A stretch of DNA of 64,000 bases from the NCBI RefSeq assembly GCF_009914755.1, contig NC_060928.1; one strand, written 5' to 3'. Positions 46,281-61,690 of this stretch are shown here, piece by piece; the first letter of the stretch is position 1, and every line of letters begins with the position of its first letter. The notes below the pieces were generated by a model. The model was not told the DNA's origin. It saw only the letters and a list, made by a program, of their open reading frames with translations, and ran no database searches. The position numbers and the translations under genes are program-made. Source of the DNA: the human T2T-CHM13v2.0 reference genome, Homo sapiens.

Positions 46281-49200
46281 ACTCTATCCCTATTCATATC
46301 TCTGTCTCTTGTCTCTGCTTTCACGTATGTTGGCTTTCTTCTCAGGCAGATTCTCTACATGTAGCAAAAATGGCAACTACAACAACTTTAAGTTTCATAT
46401 TAGCTTTTGAGACCTAAAATGTAAAATAACCTCTTTACCAATAATAGGTCAAGAGAATGTGCCTTAGGGGGATTTGGATTGTCCCAGCAAAAATGGGACA
46501 TTGTCTTTTCCTAAATCAATCAATGAGGCCAAGGAAAATGATACAGTCTGATTGACCGAGGCTGGATTACATGCTCTCATCTGCAGTATTTGGGGAAAGG
46601 CCACATAAAAGTCTCAATTAATAATGGATTCTGTCAATAAATACATAAACGCAAGAGAAGGGAAAAAAGAGCCATTGTATCTACCCGTGTCTTCTATATG
46701 GACTATAAAAAGCTGCTTATTGCTAATGTGAAAATTTCCACTCTAAGGAAAGTGTGTGCTAAAATGAAATATAACTAAAAATTTAGCACTGTCCCTCTTC
46801 ACTAGAAGGGCTTGCTCCATTTCAGGTGAAAGAATAATGAATAAGTGAATGAATGCATGGGTAAATGTTTAAGCATAGACTTGTCTTCTACGTCCAGGGC
46901 AATGCCTGCATTCAAAACTTCAAGGTCAAACTGACCATTTGTCAATCCTTAAAACAGGCATAATCAACCAGGGGTTGATGTAGCCATCTGGCCAGTATAT
47001 ATCCACACCCCTGGAGTAGGCCCAGAGCCAGAAAAACCAAAAGAGACAGCTTAGGTCTGGGGAAATGGCCAGGTTTTTACTCAACAGCAACGTTCTGAAG
47101 AATGCGTACTTTAAAGTCTTTCTTCAAAGAGCCCTCTAAAAATAAGGAAGTCATCATCTCATGGCTTGAGACTTTTGAATCCCTGAATTTTGTAAAGTGT
47201 CTCACTTTTCAACTGCCTAAAATCCCTCTATTCTCTATTAGTGCACAGTAAAATTTCTAATTATTTAATTTAATGCATAGATCTTTCATTCACTAGTTCA
47301 TTCATCCAATTTTTTGCAATGTTGCTTTAAGTTACAAGACATTTCTTTTATTAAATATTCTGCATTGTTCCTCTCAATACTGATCCCTTTACCTTCGCTT
47401 TCCTCTCTCCTTTCTCTCCAAATTTTATACTACCCACTCCAGACTGAATGAATGCCAGCTTCATTAACACAGCACTCAATTTTAGGATGTATTTTATTAA
47501 TTTCTAATTATGTGTGTATATGTGTATGTGCTTTAAAAATTAGATGGTAAATATGATTCACTGATAATTATATCTCTAGTCCTAAGTCCAATGGAAGACT
47601 AGCAATTATTCAGTAAAATAATTCAGTTTGTTTCAAATGAAAGTACCTGTGTCTGATTTGTGGTATGAAATCATTTGTACTTTAAAGAGAATGGGAAGGC
47701 ATCATAAGGAAGCTGAAAGAGATTTCTTGATGCTTTTAAAGGTTCTGGAGATTATTTGCTATGATGACTTCAAATTCAAAATGCAAGACTTTTCTTGCTT
47801 TCATATGTGTGAGAACTATTTTTCTCTCTCTTTAAGACAGAAAGAGAAATAGTAAATTCTGTGGATAAAATGCAACAGTGGGATGGTAGCGAAGAGACAC
47901 AAATGTTTAAATGACCCCATGTGCAAATATTTTACATTTGGTAGATGTTTACATATTATATTTTGGAGTCAGTTTGATCCTGTGTGAAGTGAGAAAAAAA
48001 GATAGTGTTATCTTTACTTTAAAAAATCAGTAACTGGAAAATTAAAAAGTTAAGTGGTTAGGCCAAGTTCATGAATCATATTAATACATGAGTTAATCCT
48101 GTAATATGGGGCAGGATTATAATTACACTGAAGTTTCCCAGTCTCTTTACTTATTGATGAATTACATTTGATCAGAAATATCATCCTTTAAGTATTAATT
48201 TTCTTCATTTTGAAATAAGGGTAAAATAGTACCCACTAAATAAACTCATAGTGAAAAGTAAAGAAAAAAAAATGCATGGAAATCCGTGCTCAACAGGAAT
48301 TGTTTATTTTGCAGCCACTTCAGCAGCACTCTCTGACTTTACCAGGCCAACTTGCCTTGTTTAAGAAAATGTTTGCGTAGAAAAGGCAGAGCAAAAGTGG
48401 AAAATAATCATATATTCTAGCTTGCTGATACGTAAGAAGAGAGGCCCAAGAAAAAACTTTGGCAATTCATTGTGCAGACCAACAAGAAGTGTTACTGGTT
48501 GAGAGTAGATCAACTGTCATGGGGGAAAGAGCCTGTGGCTAAAGATGGTGAAGTAGCCTCAGGGTAGGATGGAGAGGAAGGAATGTATGAATACCAAATG
48601 CCATTTCCCCATGAGACATTTGCAGTGGGAGATGATTGCAAACTAGCTAGGACCTAAACTGGCCAACACAAGAAAATGCTTGCAGTTTCATAACGTTTTC
48701 TATGTCGAAATGCTAGTTTTCTGGACTAAAACTCTGGGTGAGGTACTCATTTTAAGGAATAAAATGCTATTAATATTGGTGTATTTTTATTTTTCATATA
48801 CAAGTTGCTTAATATTCACAGACTTTTAAGGTTTGTAACAGAAAAGCTGCTGCAGATGTTTATATCAGGTACATGGAGAAACTGGAAACTGAGGGTAAGC
48901 TAAATGTTTTTAGGTCTGGGCTAGCAATTTAGAGAATTTGTCAGAGTACTTAGATACCTGTAAGTGTTGTTATACAACTTTCTTTCATTTAAAATTCAAT
49001 GAACATTAACTTTAGATTAATTTTTAAGGCTCATGAATAAAAAATTCTTCCATTTAGAGTTTATTCAAAGTTTCTTAGAATTTATTTAACTATTCTTGAA
49101 CTAACTAGGAAAAACTTAATATGGTAAGTATCGCCATCATTCTACCATTTATACTTTGATAGCAATTAATCAAGTTATTTACCTAAACAACAGTATATAG

Positions 49201-49605
49201 TTCTGAAATGAGAAATAAGAGTTAGCTTCTCAAAATGTTCACTAAGATCAGAGAGATGTTTGGAAGAAAATATAACTGAAGAACAGACATTTTTATTATT
49301 ATAAACATTATTATTAATAATATTAGTATTGAGAGCAACTGTAGATTTCTCTTCCTCTAATTATTGATATTGTTATGAAGCCTAAGATTAATAATATACA
49401 AATACTAACACCTTACACATATCAAAATCTCATCCACCACAAATAATGTTATCTTTGTTTCCTCAGATTCTCCTCATTAAACTACCTGCCCTCTGTAATG
49501 TAGCTCTTCTGTGCTGCAGAAATTGATACTACACAAGAAAAGAAATGATGGGAGAATAGTGAAGAAGAGAAGAACTGGCCAGGTAGCAACATATAAGAGG
49601 CCAAG

Positions 49606-49905
<300 letters not shown>

Positions 49906-50074
49906 GCCAAGTAGAAACATATAATGAACCTGAGAGAAAAAGAAGAAAGAAAATAGAAGCCATATGGGCTAGAGTAGTATGAAGAGAGATATTTGGGTAG
50001 TGAAGATAACTGCAATATAGATGGATGGAGTTTTTTATTAGATGGAGCTTTATCATTCAAACACCAGAATTCCC

Positions 50075-50422
<348 letters not shown>

Positions 50423-51870
50423 TCAATCAGGGTTCTCTGAATTAGAAAGTCAAAGAACCATTAAGAAGATGACAATGAAATGAATTCAGAAGGACAAAGT
50501 TGAAGAAGATACCTATTTATAAAGTGGACATACCAGCCATAGAACTAAACAAACACAGACCTACACAGTCTATGACATTAAAGAAGCTAAAATATCCCTT
50601 TATTAAGTGTTGAAATAGAAAAGTCTTTACCTGCCCATTGACACACACATTCTCACATCCCCACACTTGATTTCTTAAGAAATCAAAGTCACTGTGAGAA
50701 GTAAGAAGAGTTCCAAGTTCACCTATCATGAATAAGTGAGGGCTTCTTCCCATATCTCAGTGGTCAAAATCAAATCCTCACAAGGGAAAGGGGAGCTAAC
50801 AGGGGACTTAAAATTGGTTACATATTTGCTTCGGTTTGGGCAAAGAACATCTTCTTGTGGTAAACAGCTACTAATATTGTTATAAAGTAAACGGTTTAAA
50901 TTCCCCTATGAAGCTACTATTTACAGACATGTGGAAAGTAAAGGAAATAAATAGTAAGTCCCCCTCCCCAGCCTACAGTTTGAGAGGTGGAACTGTGATG
51001 AATCTAATAAGCCTTTGCTTGGCAGCCTTTCTGGAATTTTTCAAGATCAATTATGCAGCACTTGCCAAGCCCTCCTCCTCTCTTGCCCCCAGTAAAAGAA
51101 CAAAAAGAAAGGGGGTCAATGTGTAATAAATTGTCAATAAAAGGACCATCTGCAAGTCCCGTTTAAATATTGGATTTGCCTTTGAAGGCATCTATGAATA
51201 TTGACCAGGGTAAATGTGTTAAAAGGGTGAAATTTTTAACTTATAAATTTTCCCAGCCATTTTACCTCGTTAAATAAAGAGAAAAAGAATGTCTTTTTTC
51301 CTTATTGAGCTCCTTTCCACTACCCATCATTTTAAAAAATTATTTTTCAGAATTTCATGAGGCAGAATCATAGAATAGGTAGAGAAAGGAACGAAGAAGT
51401 GGAATAGGGAGAGACCTTTTATAAGGCACTAATATTACCTACATAATAAACATAATTAGAGATTGGAAAATAGGGAAAGGAAAAAATCTGCATTGATTGG
51501 ATAGCATTGAAAGGGGATTTATTATTATTTACTTGTTATCTACCCAGATATATTTTTGTGCATTTGTTTTAGAGAAAGGCAGCCTCCAAAGCAGTGTAAG
51601 GTAGTACAGAATTGGCGACAAGGCAAAAGAGATAATGAGAAAAGTTCCAGGATTTAAACATCAGAAATATTATTACATTTATCTATTTGCATGCCTATTT
51701 GAATCTGACTAAAAATAAGATGGAATCAGAAGTTCTAGGATTCACAAACTTTATAATATATGTTTATCATAGACAGGACATATTCAATAGATGACTGCTA
51801 TGTTAGATCCTTTATTTATAAAATAGTACATTATTCACAGGAGTGAATCAGATTCAGAACCTTGGTAACT

Positions 51871-51907
51871 GCCTGGGTTACAGAGTGAGACCCTGTCTCA
51901 AAAAAAA
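51871..51907 (+). mobile_element. Tiny Alu 3' end fragment
   Basis: GCCTGGGTTACAGAGTGAGACCCTGTCTCAAAAAAAA. Confidence 0.75.
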
Positions 51908-52261
51908 GTATAGATAACAGATATTTTAATAATGTATTAGAAATGAAATTATGCACATAAACACTTCGCTGTGCATTGATTATTTTTACCATCCTTTTAG
52001 AGCATAAGAAACAGATAACTTGTCAAGATGTTCTCTAGAATAGAGAAAATCGAGTTTATTTCCTTCTAGAAAAGTAAATGTCCATTGTGATATCTTAAAA
52101 ATGAGAAAAAGTTATGACTACATGTTTACAAATTAGAGGGAAATATTATAGAAAAATAATTTAATTTGTTAACACCAATAAGAAAGCAAAAGGATGCTTG
52201 ACATGGCATGCCAAAAGCAGTTTAACCAAAAATCTTCAGGGTGCAGCAAAATTCTATAGAC

Positions 52262-52566
52262 AGTTTGTTTAAACTTTTTACACAAAAATTTCAAAAAATT
52301 ATTCAAAGATTGTTTTAGGTATCTCACTGGAATTATTCCATGAACCAGAATAAATTTCTGAATGTCTGAGGACATTTATAAACAGTCCCATTTTCCTTGA
52401 TACTAAGTTGTAGAGTCCCCAATGCTGACTACTACTTTAATTTTAATTCCTAATTTTAATTCTTATGTTGGCATTAATTCATTTAATACATTGTTTTGAG
52501 ACTGAACACTGATATTTCTGAACTCTTATTAGCTCTAGGAAAAGAAGCTATACATTTTTGGTACCT
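52262..52566 (+). repeat. Inverted duplication, left arm (~300 bp)
   Basis: Reverse complement of 53556-53856, e.g. TTTCTGAATGTCTGAGGACATTTATAAA vs TTTATAAATGTCCTCAGACATTCAGAAA. Confidence 0.93.
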
Positions 52567-52673
52567 GAGTGAGTCATCCTTGTTTCTAGAAGCTAACATT
52601 TTGAAAAGCCTTTATAGTCATGTAGATGTAAGGTAAATACCAAAAAAAAAAAAAAAAAAGACTCCATCTTTCT

Positions 52674-52985
<312 letters not shown>

Positions 52986-53555
52986 ACTCCATCTTTCTAT
53001 AGACACATTCAAATAGTGAATAATTCAAAAGCAGATGTTTCAGGCTCAGATGCTAAACTGTTTCATAATGTAAATTTTTTAGGTAGGGATATCGCTCTAC
53101 AGATAATTATTATGTTATCTGAGAATTCAGAGACCAGATATTAGGTAAAGGGACTTAGTAAAGAGAAAATATAAAAAAGAGACTATAGTTTAAGTAAGAA
53201 GTGATCCCTAGGATCATAGTGATAAGTTTGGCCAAAGGGGAATAACAACTACTAAGAACATGGAATAATGGGGAGGCTCTTAGTCTTGAAGATCAATTTT
53301 TCTTTCTAATCATTATTTTTATCACTTTTTAATCTTATTTTAAGCATTTGGAATGTTTAATTTAAACATTCCAGATGAGTGGTAATTTAAGGAACAGAGA
53401 GAGCTTGGTGTGTGTATATGGTAATAGAAGTGACTCAAGGATATCCACACTTGTTGGAGTAATTAATGTGCAATGATCAGAGTTGAAGAGAAGTAAACAT
53501 CAGAAGTATTGGTGAAAGAGACTGAACTGCCTATATTTATCAAGAGACAGTCTCC

Positions 53556-53856
53556 AGCTACCAAAAATGTATAGCTTCTGTTCCTAGAGCTAATAAGAGT
53601 TCAGAAATGTCAGTGTTCAGTCTCAAAACAATGTATTAAATGAATTAATGCCAACATAGAAATTAAAATCATGGTGTATAAAGTAGTAGTCAGCACTGGG
53701 GACTCTACAACTTGGTATCAAGGAAAACGGGACCATTTATAAATGTCCTCAGACATTCAGAAATTCATTCTGGTTCATGGAATAATTGCAGTGAGATATC
53801 TAAAACAATCTTTGAAAACTTTTTTGAAATTTTTGTTTAAAAAGTTGAAACAAACT
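53556..53856 (-). repeat. Inverted duplication, right arm (~300 bp)
   Basis: CCTAGAGCTAATAAGAGTTCAGAAAT, CAGTGTTCAGTCTCAAAACAATGTATTAAATGAATTAATGCCAACATA and GGGGACTCTACAACTT all pair with the left arm. Confidence 0.93.
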
Positions 53857-54419
53857 TTTCTGAGCATATAAATCTACCTGTCCAATGTGTGAATGACAAA
53901 AAAATTTAAATTTGAGATGAAATGCAGTTTTCCTAAAATATCCGTTTGCTGAAATCTTCAGTTAAATACTAATTGCTTTGGTTTTTGTCTTAAGAATACA
54001 TGCACATTCCTTCAGCTAGCTGCTTTTATATGTAATTGAATCTTCACAGCACTTTAAGGTATATGTTATTTTCTTTGTTTCACAGGTGACCATAGGTAAG
54101 AAAACAGATTAATGACCTCTACAGGTCACACTTTTAGTCCGCAATACTACACTGCTCCAAAGAGAGTGAATATACTAGACAGTTTACTTCCTTGGTCCTT
54201 TCAATGGTGAAGAATCCCTAGAAGTTAAGAATAACACAAAGCATAGCCTAAATATTATTACTGCAGTGCAAACACATATTAATTGTGGCTATGAGTTTTT
54301 TTTTATTATTCTTCAAATTTTCCCTTATCTTTGACATTGTGCTTATATATATTTGGTAGGCAAGTGAATAATAAAACTTTTTTCTAATCACAGTTTGTCT
54401 TCTGAATGATCTCTTGCCT

Positions 54420-54745
54420 ATTCTTTCTTTCTTTCTTCCTTCCTTTCTTTCTTTTTTTTTTTTTGAAACAGAGTCTCACTCTGTTGCCCAGGCTGAAGTG
54501 CCTTGGTGTGATCTCGACTCACTTTAACCTCCACTTCCCAAGTTCAATCGTTTCTCCTGCCTCAGCATCCCAAGGAGCTGAGATTACAGGAGCCTGCCAC
54601 CATGCCCGGCTAAGTTTTGTAGTTTTAGTAGAGATGGGTTTCCGCCATGTTGGCCAGGTGGTCTCAAACTCCTGACCCCAGGTGATCCGCCCACCTCAGC
54701 CTCCCAAAGTGCTGGGATTACAGGTATGAGCCACAATGCTGGGCC
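54420..54745 (-). mobile_element. AluS with (TTTC)n tail
   Basis: Full antisense dimer. Confidence 0.94.
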
Positions 54746-55162
54746 AATTCTTTCAAGACATATTTACAAATATGTGTGTTTTTACATTTATTAAACACAG
54801 TATCTATACTTGTTTCTTGAATAAATTTAAAACAAAATCTGTACTCATGAACATTTTTCTCATCAAATTCTATCGTACTAAAAGTAAAGATGGCCTCTCA
54901 TTGATACTGCAGAGATTTTTTTCGAGGGAGTGGATAGGTGAAGACAGATGATATAATTTGAAGATTTTTATGTTACAAAAGTCATCCACAGAGCAAAGAT
55001 AAGAACTTCAGTAAAATAAAATCAAAAATAAAATCTTTCTTGAGATCCAAAGCTAAGAAAATATCACTTGTCTAAAATATTTAAGAAAGCAGTATCCACA
55101 GGTGGTATTTAATAATGTTTTAATATCACAATTTATAATAAATTTAAATGAGAATTGCTGCA

Positions 55163-55559
55163 TGCCTTTGTCCACTTTGTATTACTATAACAGAATACCT
55201 GAGACTGAGTAATTTATAAACAATAGAAGTCTATTTGGCTCATTGTTCTAAAGGATAGAAAGTCCAGGAGCATGGTGCTGGCATTTGGTGGTGGCCCTCA
55301 TGCTGTGTCATCCCATGGCAGACGGTGGAAGGGCAAAAGAGCAGGAGAGAATCAGAGAGGATGGGTGATGAAGTCATCTATTTTATCAGAAATGCACTCC
55401 TGCAGTAACTAACCCCTTCCCACAATAATGCCATTAATTCATTCATGAGGGCAGAAACTTTGTAGCCTGGCCATCTCTTAACAGTCTCACCTCTTAATAC
55501 TCTCATGATGCCAATTAGATTTCAACATGAGTTTCAGAGGGGACATCCAAACCACAGCA
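55163..55559 (-). mobile_element. MaLR LTR (MSTC/MSTD/MLT1A-like)
   Basis: CTATAACAGAATACCTGAGACTGAGTAATTTATAAAC ... CATCCAAACCACAGCA. Confidence 0.85.
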
Positions 55560-55933
55560 CCACAGCATATGGGAAATTTCTAACATATACCTGCTCATGG
55601 CACTCGCGCTTAAATACCTTAAGATTTACAAAGACATTAAAAAAAAATTTCTTGCAGTGTCAGTGTTGTTTCTATAGTGTGTTTAAGTGATAAAAGAATT
55701 GAATCATTAATTTATTGATTTTTAAATTTTGCCTAGCTGCATGTAGGCATTTGGCATATATTTCTATGAATACTTAAATGCAATACAAACATTGGATTCT
55801 AATATACAATACATCTACTTCAATTGATCTGATAATGAGGTTTAATTTTTCAATTATTCTTTTAAAAAATTTCCTCTTAATTATGTATATGTTTGGGTGA
55901 AATACTGTCATCTTAGTTAGAACTAACTACTTT

Positions 55934-56199
<266 letters not shown>

Positions 56200-56427
56200 G
56201 ACTAACTACTTTCAAACTTAAAAATAAGCCTCCAAAATTCTAAATTTGTAGTCAGTGTATGTTACAGGCTGTAGTAGAAGTTCTAAAACTTCTTCTCACA
56301 ATCTAGACGAATGAAAGAAAGAATTACTGTTTCCTTAGTGTACTATAATAGCAGAATTTTGCATGTTTCCTAAAAGTAAGTTAATTACCTTATTGACTGA
56401 GTTTGTTCAGTAAATTTATTTTTCCCA

Positions 56428-56853
56428 TGTGTCTTAGTGTATTTTGAATTGCTATAAAGGGATACCTGAAGCTGGGTAATTTATAAATAAAAATATTTAT
56501 TTGGCTCATGATTCTGGTTGCTGGAATGTTCAAGATTAAGCGTCTTCATCTGGTAAGGGACTCAGGCTATTTCCATTGATGGAGGAGGGCGGAGGGGAGC
56601 TGATGTGTGTGGAGATCACATAGTGAGACAGGAAGCAAGGGAGAGAGAGAGAGGGTAGATTCCAGGCTGTTTTGAACAACCAGCTCTCATGGAAACTAAT
56701 AGAGTGAGAACTCATTCACCACTGAGAGAGGGCATTAATATATTTATGAAGGATCTGCTCCCTGACCCAAACACCTCCCATTAGGTCCCAGCTCCAACAC
56801 TGAGAATAAAATTTCAACATGAGGTTTGGAGTGAAAACATCCAAACCATAGCA
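56428..56853 (-). mobile_element. MST (MSTB-like) MaLR LTR
   Basis: TGCTATAAAGGGATACCTGAAGCTGGGTAATTTATAAA ... ACATCCAAACCATAGCA. Confidence 0.88.
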
Positions 56854-57321
56854 CAGTGTATACTCATGTTTAAAAAAAAAAATAGCTGTGTGATCTTAAA
56901 ATATAATCAGAAATATTTCTAATATTGATAGAAGCTTCAATTTTAATTTATTGAAGAATATTTTTTGAAATCCCAGAGTCTCAAAATCTCAACATCATTT
57001 TATAGAAATGTATTTAGAATTAGAAATAGTCATTTAAAAATATTTAAACCATATGAGTCATATCTAAGAAAGCTAATATTCTGATATGATGAGTTTTATA
57101 GAGCAAATTACCAAGTCACATAATCAGATGTGTTTGCGATATCACTTTTTCTTTAGAGGACTGTGAGGTTATACATGGAATTAAATCACAGTTCACTTTT
57201 ATCACTATACTCAGAAATTTGTAACTCAAGAATTTTTAAATCTTAATAAAGATGCATTCAAGTGGAATGGAGCAACTTGCAACAGATGAATGCCCCACCT
57301 AGAAAAACTAGATAACAAACT

Positions 57322-57616
57322 TGAGCAGTGGCTCACGCCTGTAATCCCAGCATTTTGGGAGGCCGAGGCGGGTGGATCATTTGAGATCAGGAGTTCAAGA
57401 CCAGCCTGGCCAACATGGCAAAACCCCATCTCTACTAAAAATACAAAAATTAGCCGGGTATAGTGGCGCATGCTTGTAGTCCCAGCTACTTGAGAGGCTG
57501 AGGCAGGAGAACGGCTTGAACCTGGGAGGCGGGGGTTGCAGTGAGTCGAGGTTGTGCCATTGCACTCCGGCCTGAGCAACAGAGTGAGATTCCATCTCAA
57601 AACAACAACAACAACA
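57322..57616 (+). mobile_element. AluS with (ACA)n tail
   Basis: GCAGTGGCTCACGCCTGTAATCCCAGC... TSD core CTAGATAAC. Confidence 0.94.
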
Positions 57617-57734
57617 GCTAGATAACTGAAAGCTCAGAGAGTTGTTTAAACAATGCACATTGGAAGAGCTAAGACTCCAGAGAATGAAGAAGCTTGAAAA
57701 GGTAAGTTTAGCTCTATAGCCATGGCATTTGCCA

Positions 57735-58362
57735 ACCATAGTCAGGAGATTCTCAGATGACCCCCTCTGACCCATGCCGTTGTATAATTTTCTCCCCCTG
57801 AGTGTAGAAGTCACTCTGTAGATGATGGATGTCGTCCCTATGATTAAGTTATGTTATATGGCACAGGTTTTAAGATTTTAAGAAAGTGAGATTATTCTTG
57901 ACAAGCCTAATCTAATCAGGTGGGCCCTAAAAAGAAACTAGACTATTCCTAGTGAAGAGATTCCAGGTGTGAGAAGGATTTGACATGAGGCAGGTTCTCT
58001 GAGGCTGGGTTTACAGATGAAGGGGGCCACATGGCAGGGAACAGCAGTACCTTCTAATAGCTGAGAATAACCCCTGGCCAAAATACAACAAAAAGATGAA
58101 GACCTCAGGTCTGTGACTGCAAGGAACTAGAACTAAATAAACTGCCAACAAGCTGAATGAGCTTGAAAACAAATTCTTCCTTAGTCAAATCTCCAAATGA
58201 GCGCAAAGCCCAGCTGACTCTTTGATTTCAGCCTTGTGAAAACATACCAGAGAACCCAGTCATACACCCAGATATCTGACCTACAGATATATAACCTAAT
58301 AAGTGTATGTTAGGATAATAAGTTTGTGTCAATGTGTTATGCAGCAATTCCAAGCAAAGACA
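57735..58362 (+). mobile_element. MaLR LTR (MLT1E-like)
   Basis: TCCCCCTGAGTGTAG...GAAAGTGAGATTATTC...CTGCAAGGAACT...TGTTATGCAGCAAT. Confidence 0.82.
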
Positions 58363-60374
58363 GAAGTCTAAGAATCTGGTATTTATACTGATAAAAGACC
58401 AAGACACAGAAAAACCAGAAAAGCTTCTGGACTTCAGGGATCCTTAAGTAGCTGGCCAGTTTCTGTTAGAGTAGGAGACTAAAAACTTAAGTGGAAAGCC
58501 TCTGGAAAAAAAATCATATTTTTCAGCAAATGAGCAAGATAGGGTTAAATTTCAAGAAAACTCCCAGACTCTCAAATGAAAATTTTGCAAGGAAAAAATG
58601 AACCAAAACCTGACTGAGCCTTACCATGATTACAATCAGCCTCTACTCAGTAAAATCCATGATGGATTAAGAGATCACTCTCTCTGACTAATGGAAAGGG
58701 TAAACCATCTCCAGAGAAAGATGGCATTATTTGGAGTTTCTACAGTGTTTTGTATTCACTACCAGCATTTAATCAAACATAACTAGTCATGCCAAAAGTC
58801 AGGACCATGTGACTGAAACAACAGAAAAACAACAGACAATAAAAACAAATCCGCAAGGGATCCAGATGTTAACAAAAAGTTTTTAAAAGACTGCCTTTCA
58901 AATTCATAAACATTGTCACAGGTGTCTTACTATGAAATGTCTTTAATCTAATTTTATTTCCTTTGGAAGTGTGAGGGGCTGAAAAGAAACTAGCCTGAAG
59001 ATAAATCTTAATCTCTTGTCATAACCTAGTCATAAAGGAACTCAGACAATGTTTAACAATAATTTATCAACTCCATGCGAACTGTATTCTACTTGATCCA
59101 AGAAAACACAAATATTCATTTACTTATATGGTATCGATTCTACATGTATTAATTGTTTTTGCTTTTGTTCTTAAATATAAAATTGAAGTGCTTTTTAACA
59201 CATTAGCTTAAACATTTTACATAAGGAATACAAGAATAGGCATTTCTTAAACTGTTTTTGTTCATTTCTACTTCAGAAAATTCTACTCTCCCAAAATGGT
59301 GTGAACTTGCTTTTGAAAGATAGGCTTTTATGAAGAAACACCTAATTATTGTATTATTCTTAAGATAGTATATTAATAATGGTTATTAGCTACTAATACC
59401 ACTGCAGGTAGAAAATTATATTTTAACACTCAAATACAAAGAAACATATTAATTAAAATTCCCCATTCTGGTTAAGGGGGATGCACTGATATTTAGTAAT
59501 TATAGGACCATAATATCATTTTTCTTTAAATAAACAAAATATTTTGCATAATCATAATTTGCCATATCCCAAAGGGTTTGAAAACATATTTTATACAAAA
59601 TAAAATATTAAAAGATATCACAATAGTTAAGTTGAAATTAAACATAAAATCAGTTTGTAAATATCAAATGCTAGTATTATGAGAACTTATAGGATATTAT
59701 TATGAAATAATTTGACTCCAGATTTGTTTCTATATATGAATTATATGCTCCTACACTTACAATAAGCCAGTATTCTCTCATCTTAAATCCATTGTTGACT
59801 ATTACAGACTAGCCTCCTGAAATGGGAAAAATGAACTTTTTCTGCCAATGCTTCCTTTTTTGGTACTCATTAAAATGAAACAAATCTGTAAAACATTAAA
59901 GATTTGGGCTTTAGACTTCACTCTGAATTACCTTTTCTGAATTTTAGAGCCTTTCAATAATTCAACACTTTTATTTATTTCAAGGTTGATCAGTATAAAA
60001 TTTCACATTGGCACGTGAATGTTTTTTTATTTCAGGACTAGATCCTGAACTGTACACTATGGCCGTATGCTGAAAATGACTTAGCAAAGCACTAATATTA
60101 AGGTTTCCAGCTTCCCAGATTATAATTGTTAGATCAAAGAATAGCTAATAAACACTGAATAGATGAGACGATACTGAAGAAATAGATTGCCTATATTTAT
60201 CAGTATTAAATATGGTTTATGGTTTATGTAACTCCTATGTCTAAAATGCCTGGGGCTTGCAGTCTAGTTATGCTGCAGTAGTCAAGGTGAAGAAAGAAAC
60301 AGCATTTTGGTTGTCCTTGCCCTTGTTCAACACTTGAGAAAAAAATATTTCACTGGAGTCAGCTTTGTACAAGA

Positions 60375-60550
60375 CAATGAACTTTGGAATTGACAGATCT
60401 GTGTTTCAATCCCGCTCCTATCCTTTATTAGCTGTTGGACATTAAAGAAGTTAATTTATCTTAACCGGAATTTGTCCCTAAAGTACTTATGGAGAAATAG
60501 ATGTAATACATTTAAAGCTCTTAGCCATTAGCCATTCAATAGATAGTAGA
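60375..60550 (+). mobile_element. MIR SINE fragment
   Basis: GAACTTTGGAATTGACAGATCTGTGTTTCAATCCCGCTCC...TAAAGCTCTTAGC. Confidence 0.6.
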
Positions 60551-61399
60551 TATTCCTGGATGGCCTGGCCCTCCACAGGCAAGTGTTCTATCCAGCGGTT
60601 CAAAAGAGTTAAGTAACAGAAAACAACATCGATCAACAGTAAATCTGAAGTCTGTAAGGATTTAAACTAAACCTTATGGTATGCTATGCCTTGTGGAATC
60701 AAATCCCACAATGATCATTTCTCAACTTGCTAATATACAAGTGTTGTGATGCATTTCTTAACAGTAGCTTTCATTGTGAGCTGCACCAGGTTTTGTCCTG
60801 GTTCTGACTCTTGCTTAGGCACTCAAGATACCTTTGCCTGGAGTACATTTCAGATGAGTGTCTTAGATTAGGGGAGTCTCTCTATTTACTCATAATATTG
60901 GTAGATATCTTTGTTCCCTCCTCCTAAAGAACTATTTGCTCATGAAAATTAGAAAATGTGAAGGAGATGCGTAAATATGTTTCACTTCTCTAGTCTCCCC
61001 ATTGCAAATGCTTGTCTTCAACTTCCCTTTCAAGGAAATTATAGCTGTACTCAACGCTCTCCTTGCATACTTTGAGGTATATGTGCCTTTATTTCTCTCT
61101 TGGTCTTCATTTCCTATTCAGAGTTCATTTTTAGGTGGAGCATCCATACCAAAAAACTAAGGAATTTCTAAACACATGAATGCACTTATAGAAATTATAT
61201 AAGATATGTGTTATTGCTAAATCTGACCCGTTCTTTGAGATCCAGTTAGGTCAACTCCAACATTTAAGTTTCCCTAATCAGCTGAACCCATCTCTGAATT
61301 CTAATAGCAAGTTATAATACTTTCAGTTCATATCACACTTGGCCTTATATAATAGTTTTGTATGCACATGACTTTATTTTCTTCAAAACACCTGGCACA

Positions 61400-61690
61400 G
61401 CATAAGGGAGACAAAAGAGCATGGACTTTGAATGTCACACAGACCCAAGTTGAAATTCCAGCCTCACAATTACTGGCTGGTTTGCCTTGAAATAGTTACT
61501 TAATCTTGGACCAGTTGCTGCATCCTGTGTGATACTTAACCTGTCTGTGTCTCAGTCTCCTCATTTATAAAATGGAGATAAGAGTATTTTGTTAATATAT
61601 AGGTGTTGTGATGAATAAATTAGATATTTCATGTAAAACATTCAGAACAGTTACTGGGACATGGCAAAGACATTAAAAATACTTGCTTTT
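61400..61690 (+). mobile_element. MIR SINE
   Basis: AAGAGCATGGACTTTGAATGTCACACAGACC...TCTCAGTCTCCTCATTTATAAAATGGAGATAA. Confidence 0.78.

Noticed and set aside
54070-54101. Apparent 10-nt microexon TTTCACAG|GTGACCATAG|GTAAGA
   Set aside because: It sits in a degenerate antisense MIR that naturally supplies the pyrimidine tract and AG. It is not frame-preserving and no host gene is evident.
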